DNA of 64,000 nucleotides from Mizuhopecten yessoensis (taxonomy: Eukaryota): assembly GCF_002113885.1 (NCBI RefSeq), contig NW_018406461.1:19799-83798 (forward strand), given 5' to 3'. Of this stretch, positions 57,857 to 64,000 are shown in pieces; within the stretch, counting starts at the first letter, position 1, and every line of letters starts with the position of its first letter. Made by a program: the position numbers and the translations under genes. The notes beneath the pieces were generated by a model. That model made no database searches. It saw only the letters and a program-made list of their open reading frames with translations, and had not been told where the DNA came from.

Positions 57857-60800
57857 GATAGGAAGGAGACATGATCCGATATTCTGCAACATACTGCTTT
57901 GGCTTCGGACTCTGGGTAGACGAGAGGTGATATGGGCCCTCTATCACCAATCGGCTGGTCACGCCAAGCCCTTGGTTTACATACTCCCAAGAAGGCGGTG
58001 GCTTAGGGTCAATCGCGAGAGTATACAATGTACTCTTTCAAATAGTATGTATATTCTTACGAGTATACTATTCTATGTATCTCCGACACTTGGCGCTGGA
58101 TATCCGCGTCACACCACTGTCCCCTTGTTGGGCTCCGTGGCGGGTGGAGGCATAGATCGTGAAACAAACAAATATACACATGGGTAAAGATAAAAACCAC
58201 CAAAACGACGGACATANNNNNNNNNNNNNNNNNNNNNNNNNNNNNNNNNNNNNNNNNNNNNNNNNNNNNNNNNNNNNNNNNNNNNNNNNNNNNNNNNNNN
58301 NNNNNNNNNNNNNNNNNNNNNNNNNNNNNNNNNNNNNNNNNNNNNNNNNNNNNNNNNNNNNNNNNNNNNNNNNNNNNNNNNNNNNNNNNNNNNNNNNNNN
58401 NNNNNNNNNNNNNNNNNNNNNNNNNNNNNNNNNNNNNNNNNNNNNNNNNNNNNNNNNNNNNNNNNNNNNNNNNNNNNNNNNNNNNNNNNNNNNNNNNNNN
58501 NNNNNNNNNNNNNNNNNNNNNNNNNNNNNNNNNNNNNNNNNNNNNNNNNNNNNNNNNNNNNNNNNNNNNNNNNNNNNNNNNNNNNNNNNNNNNNNNNNNN
58601 NNNNNNNNNNNNNNNNNNNNNNNNNNNNNNNNNNNNNNNNNNNNNNNNNNNNNNNNNNNNNNNNNNNNNNNNNNNNNNNNNNNNNNNNNNNNNNNNNNNN
58701 NNNNNNNNNNNNNNNNNNNNNNNNNNNNNNNNNNNNNNNNNNNNNNNNNNNNNNNNNNNNNNNNNNNNNNNNNNNNNNNNNNNNNNNNNNNNNNNNNNNN
58801 NNNNNNNNNNNNNNNNNNNNNNNNNNNNNNNNNNNNNNNNNNNNNNNNNNNNNNNNNNNNNNNNNNNNNNNNNNNNNNNNNNNNNNNNNNNNNNNNNNNN
58901 NNNNNNNNNNNNNNNNNNNNNNNNNNNNNNNNNNNNNNNNNNNNNNNNNNNNNNNNNNNNNNNNNNNNNNNNNNNNNNNNNNNNNNNNNNNNNNNNNNNN
59001 NNNNNNNNNNNNNNNNNNNNNNNNNNNNNNNNNNNNNNNNNNNNNNNNNNNNNNNNNNNNNNNAATGATATAGTCAAATGTCTTGGTCAATCAACAGAAG
59101 GGTCGTTATTTGTGGATGACTTCTTGATCTGTTACAGATCTAAGAACATGCACACGATAGAACGACAACTTCAACAGAGTTTAAACAAACTACAAAATTG
59201 GGCAGACGAAAACGGCTTCAAATTCTCTAAATCCAAAACTGTGTGCATGCATTTCTGTCAAAAACGAAAAGCACACAATGACCCAAATCTAACACTCGAT
59301 GGCACTAGAATTCCTGTTGTTGAACAGACTAAATTTCTCGGCCTCATTTTTGATTCGAAACTCTCTTTCATACCACATATAAAGTATCTGAAGGATAAGT
59401 GTTCCAAGGCGTTAAACATTATACGAGTCCTTTCTCATACTGATTGGGGAGCGGATCGTGAAATGCTTTTGCGCCTATACAGATCACTTATTCGAACAAA
59501 ACTGGATTATGGTTCTATGGTATACGGGTCAGCGCGCAGTTCGTACCTTCAGATGCTAGATCCAATCCATAACCAAGGGCTACGTCTTGCCCTGGGAGCT
59601 TTTCGAACAACACCTGTAAAAAGCCTGTACGTGGAAGCAAATGAACCATCCCTTTATGACAGAAGAATAAAACTTTCATTACAATTTGCAACTCAATTAA
59701 AATCAAACCCTAAAAATCCTGCTTTCAACCAAGTATTCAACCCCAAATACCAAAACATATTTACGCAAAACCAAAAACTTCTGCCAACATTTGGTATCCG
59801 AATTTTGAATTTCCTGCAAGAACTCAACATAAAATTGACGGACATAGCTGAATTTAACATATCTGATGTTCCTCCGTGGACCATTCAAACCCCCGATTTT
59901 AACTTTACATTACATGAGCGAGGGAAATCAAGTGTTATGCCCGAAGAACACAAATCCTCCTTTCGGGAATGCATTTCGAATTACCCTTCTCATACACAAC
60001 TTTACACCGATGGCTCCAAAGAAGGTGAGAAAGTGGCAGCAGCCTGCTGTACTGCCAATACTTGCACTTCAGTCCGACTACCAGACGGCGCCTCCATCTT
60101 TTCTGCTGAAGCATGCGCCATTGGTTTGGCCCTCGACCATATCGATGAACACCGCATTAAAAAGGCAATTATTTGTTCAGACTCTCTATCTGTCCTACAG
60201 AGTTTACAGTTACGAGATCCTAAAAACACAATCGTACAAAACCTTGCTCATCGAATATCTCGTATATTAAAAAAGTCTAAAATAACTTTACTATGGATTC
60301 CGAGCCATGTCGGAATAAAAGGCAACGAATTTGCTGACAGGGAAGCAAAAAATGCATTGAATCTCGAACAAACAAATATCAAACTACCATACACAGATTT
60401 TAAACCTACTATTCGTACAGCCATTCAAAATGAATGGCAGAAACGCTGGTCTCTGGAGACCAACAACAAACTTTTTAAGATACAACCGAAACTTAAAACA
60501 TCTATTCCCAGTCGGAAAGATCGTAGAGAGGAAGTTGTCCTCGCTCGGCTCCGCACTGGGCACACATATCCTACTCATTCGTACCTTTTAAAACGAGAAG
60601 ATATACCTTCATGCCACGCATGTGACACTCCATTTACAGTGGAGCATTTTTTAATAGAATGTTCCGATTTTAAACACATTCGTGATAACTACTTCCGAGT
60701 CCCGGATATGAAAACACTTTTCAGTTCCGTGGATTCGAAGGCATTATTTAACTATTTGAAAGACATCGGTCTATTTTATAGACTCTGATGTCTTTTAACC

Positions 60801-61068
60801 CACCTTATCCTTTTTGACGTTATATATATATCGCATATTCCATATCATCTATTCGTTATCTCTTTTATTATTTTAACCCCCTTTTATTATTTTTAATTAT
60901 CTACACAGACAATGCGAATACTTTTAAAATGAAACATTTTATCTGATTTTATCTTCGCTATTCACATGTTTGTTAAAAAAGTAAAATAAATAAATAAATC
61001 ACCATGGCCCTAAATGACCACAGCCGTCGATGGGCCGTTAAACATAAACAAACAAACAAACAAACAAA
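57857..61068 (+). mobile_element. I/Nimb-clade non-LTR retrotransposon, probably full-length, interrupted by an assembly gap
   Basis: 11-bp TSD TTGTACCATCA at 57846-57856 and 61069-61079; putative 5'UTR and ORF1 start before the gap; ORF2 C-terminal half after it; 3' stem-loop and (AAAC)n tail. Confidence 0.85.
59064..60788 (+). CDS. LINE ORF2 C-terminal part: RT (LFVDDF), RNase H and CCHC knuckle; 5' end in the gap
   Basis: RNase H motifs YTDGSK, SAEACAI, SDSLS, WIPSHVGIKGNEFAD; CHAC..H....C; no stops in 558 aa. Confidence 0.9.
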   Translation, partial: NDIVKCLGQSTEGSLFVDDFLICYRSKNMHTIERQLQQSLNKLQNWADENGFKFSKSKTVCMHFCQKRKAHNDPNLTLDGTRIPVVEQTKFLGLIFDSKLSFIPHIKYLKDKCSKALNIIRVLSHTDWGADREMLLRLYRSLIRTKLDYGSMVYGSARSSYLQMLDPIHNQGLRLALGAFRTTPVKSLYVEANEPSLYDRRIKLSLQFATQLKSNPKNPAFNQVFNPKYQNIFTQNQKLLPTFGIRILNFLQELNIKLTDIAEFNISDVPPWTIQTPDFNFTLHERGKSSVMPEEHKSSFRECISNYPSHTQLYTDGSKEGEKVAAACCTANTCTSVRLPDGASIFSAEACAIGLALDHIDEHRIKKAIICSDSLSVLQSLQLRDPKNTIVQNLAHRISRILKKSKITLLWIPSHVGIKGNEFADREAKNALNLEQTNIKLPYTDFKPTIRTAIQNEWQKRWSLETNNKLFKIQPKLKTSIPSRKDRREEVVLARLRTGHTYPTHSYLLKREDIPSCHACDTPFTVEHFLIECSDFKHIRDNYFRVPDMKTLFSSVDSKALFNYLKDIGLFYRL

Positions 61069-61657
61069 TTGTACCATCAACAGTGTGATACTACCAGGTA
61101 CTGCTATCCCCGCCGTTGTGTGGTACTACCAGGTGGGTCCGTCCCCTAGCGCCCGGTATGTGTGGTAACAAGTGTCACATGTCCCCGTATGTTTACCTGT
61201 ATCAATTTATTTAGATGCATGAAGATAAAAAATCACTACGACTGTCCACATTAAGGTGATCGTGGTGTTTAGATCGAGTTTAGATAACGGTGTAAACATG
61301 TGTATTGGAACTTCCCGCGCAATATTAGATCGGGTTAAGATAACAGTATCTCCACCGCAGATTCCGTCTATGACATAATGTGGTCTGTGAACGAGATAAA
61401 TATCTATATAGTGTAGGCTCCCTTCGGACATCCTGAGCAGGTAGACCTGGTGTGTCACCAGTGTGTACACAGTGGTGTGTACTCAGTATATGTGTCATTT
61501 TTCCCCGCTCGTAGTGACAACCAAAAGTAAAACATGCTACCAATGGATAATTTCTACAAATAACAATAACAATAATATTGTATGAACAATGCACTTTAAC
61601 TATAAACGATAACCAAACAAACATGTATAACTATTAGGAATGTTATCTATTGGAAAC

Positions 61658-61847
61658 TATTCCGTCTTTGCGTATTGCAGAGTTATCTTCTCTTGTGAGC
61701 AGGTATTGATTGTTACGTCATTTGTTTGTGAGAGTAACGTCATCAATTTTTGAGAAAACGACGTAATTTTCTCACACAAACCAATGACGTAACAATCAAT
61801 ACCTGTCCTCAAGTGAAGATAACTCTGCAATATGCAAAGACGGAATA
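61658..61847. mobile_element. 190-bp near-perfect fold-back MITE
   Basis: TATTCCGTCTTTGC..GCAAAGACGGAATA ends; ~80-bp arms with few mismatches. Confidence 0.8.
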
Positions 61848-63291
61848 AGTACAACATAAAAATAAACAAAATTAGAATACTAAGAAAATTTGTGAAAAAA
61901 ACAAAAAAACATATAACACTGAATAGATGCCCATAGCTTAACAATATTTCAGGTCAGTCGGTTTACCGCTGTGGCGGTCTCCTCCTACGCTTACATAACG
62001 GATACGCCTATGATTTTTCTCGGGTCACAGGTCAATGACCGATTTGGGTAAAGCAGGGACAAGATAACTTTTAAGCGTATTTTTTTTTTCTACTATAAAT
62101 ATAAAGTCTATCATATCTGTTGCAACTCAAGGTAGAATTTAACAATAGCAAATATTTAGTATTTTATTGTTTCGTTTTATGTTACGGTACTTCAACACAA
62201 GAGAGGGGAGGAGAGAATGTGTTGATGTCTGTATTTAGTGAAAATTTTCTCACATTGTAACCATCACGGAACATTTACAGTTTCACACACCAACATTGTT
62301 GTTGTTTTGATCCTTCTGTTTGATTAAGAAAGTTTACAGTAATCGTGTGACCATGCGAATACCTTTACCATTAGTACTGTGTACGTTTACTTTTAAGGTA
62401 ATAGGATTGTGTCACCATTTCTCAGTAGAATTTCTTCCAATTTTGTAGTTAAATTGCGTTGAAGAAAAGAAAAGGTTCTGCCACAAAAAAAAATATAGGT
62501 TGTCAGAATTTAAAGGATTTGAAATGAAAATTTATATAAAAAGGAGTGAGTTTTGAAAAAAAAATGAAAGACACAATTTTAGGCAAAATAATGTCAATAA
62601 AAATGATACTGACATAGATTAGTATTGCATTAATGTATATCAATTTAATAAATGCTGAAATTGTGTAAAATTAATTATCTATAAACGTTTAAAAATTGAC
62701 ATTTTATAATAAAACCATGTACATATAGTAATTGCATGTAAAGAGTTATCGTTCTTGAAAAACTTCACAGTAGTGAAATAGGTAGCCGGGTTCCTGAAGT
62801 ACAGAAAAATGGACACATGTGACTCATTGATAAAAAAAAAACCTGAATTAATGCCTGGATTGCTTTGAAATACTTTAATATTGAGAGAACACACTGTTCT
62901 GCCAATAATTAACATGCAATATTTATCAGTTTAATATTAAACATCAGAATATGCGGAAATTTTGATACTGTCTCCCTACATTGTATTTTCAACTAGGGAT
63001 GCACTTCCTATTTCCGTTTATCAATACACTCTTATGACCTTTGCAATGAGACGTGAAGTGAAACAAATGGTATCTTTAAAGATAGTGTCGTTAATACATT
63101 AATATCTCCGTGTACACTTTATTAAACAATGATATCAACGTGGTGCCTTTAAAGGTTGTACCAACATCACCCAGATAGATAATTTCACACTTTCATTTAA
63201 AGTATGAGAAATAGGTATTCCGATATTTCAACTATTAGACAATGCCCCTATACATGTGAGTGCGATGACAAGGTTCCCATCACTCACAAAG

Positions 63292-63909
63292 ATGGAGTCC
63301 AGAATAATCTTGGATGGTACCAACGTATGTTTCACTACAAAATATGGATTCTTTCAGATCGATGGGCGGGATGTGTTGACGTTAACCACAAACCTCACAC
63401 TTCTGGGGATGATACAGAATAGAATCGTAAGTACCTTTTTTGATGTTATATGAAATTATTTCTTATCTATTTGTTAATATTTTTGTATTTGAATCCGACA
63501 CCATTTCTAAATATTTGTATATATTTTGAAACCGATAGATCCAGTCTGCACACTTGACACCCCCTCAGCAATTAACTCCACCACCGGAAGTTTTCCCCCC
63601 TCAACAGTTGACCCATTTTGGAAATGTGCGCCCCCCTCCACCACCCTACGGAATTCAGGGGAAAACCACTATGCATGGATCGCACGAGCCTCCGGCGGGG
63701 GAAAACAGTGCGCAGGAGAATGTGTCACTGCATGGAGCTTACGGGCCTCCGGCGGGGGGAAGGCCTGAGAGTCAAATCAAATCAATGGGGTAAGTAATAA
63801 TCTGAACAATAATAATCAATTTCAATATCATATCTAAATGTATATTTGTTCATACACCATTATAATATTAATTATTTTTGTTTCTTTTAGAAAAGAAGAG
63901 TTCAGTTAA
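63292..63909 (+). CDS. Possible small spliced proline-rich protein (~134 aa), unknown function
   Basis: Candidate exons 63292-63426, 63539-63789, 63891-63909; GTAAGT donors, ~100-nt AT-rich introns, GC-richer exons, compatible phases; no recognisable homology. Confidence 0.3.
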
Positions 63910-64000
63910 AAACTGTAAGTACTATTCTAATATTTTTATCGATGAAATACCGCAAATTGAAGTGTTTTTTTCCCATATTCTTTCAATCTTCAAATTTCGT

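Overview
AT-rich, repeat-rich eukaryotic (animal) genomic DNA with three assembly gaps (17970-18623, 55260-55279, 58217-59063). The repeat families suggest a bivalve mollusc; this is inferred from family structure, not from a search. The left half holds four intronless class-A GPCR genes of the FMRFamide-receptor-like/Srw type, arranged A1-B1 ... A2-B2. They lie in two near-identical copies of one block (<=1-14558 and ~23327-35420), which are either a true tandem segmental duplication or two haplotypes assembled in tandem. All four share a compact E-box/TATA promoter at a fixed distance from the ATG and show signs of gene conversion. The right half holds a 10-11 exon minus-strand MFSD12-like MFS transporter (~52997 to 39435 or 39031) with an unusual ~290-aa basic, Cys-clustered insertion in the central loop. 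Mobile DNA includes an RNase H-bearing I/Nimb-clade LINE (one TSD-flanked, probably full-length copy plus four fragments), an RTE-X-like RT, an ORF1-only CR1-like element at the block junction, several Helentron-type non-autonomous elements with internal satellites, tRNA-derived SINEs and palindromic MITEs. A possible small spliced proline-rich gene lies at the right end. No prokaryotic-type system (CRISPR, operons) is present, and no convincingly new biological system was identified. The strongest candidates for follow-up are the GPCR cluster and the divergent MFSD12 paralog.
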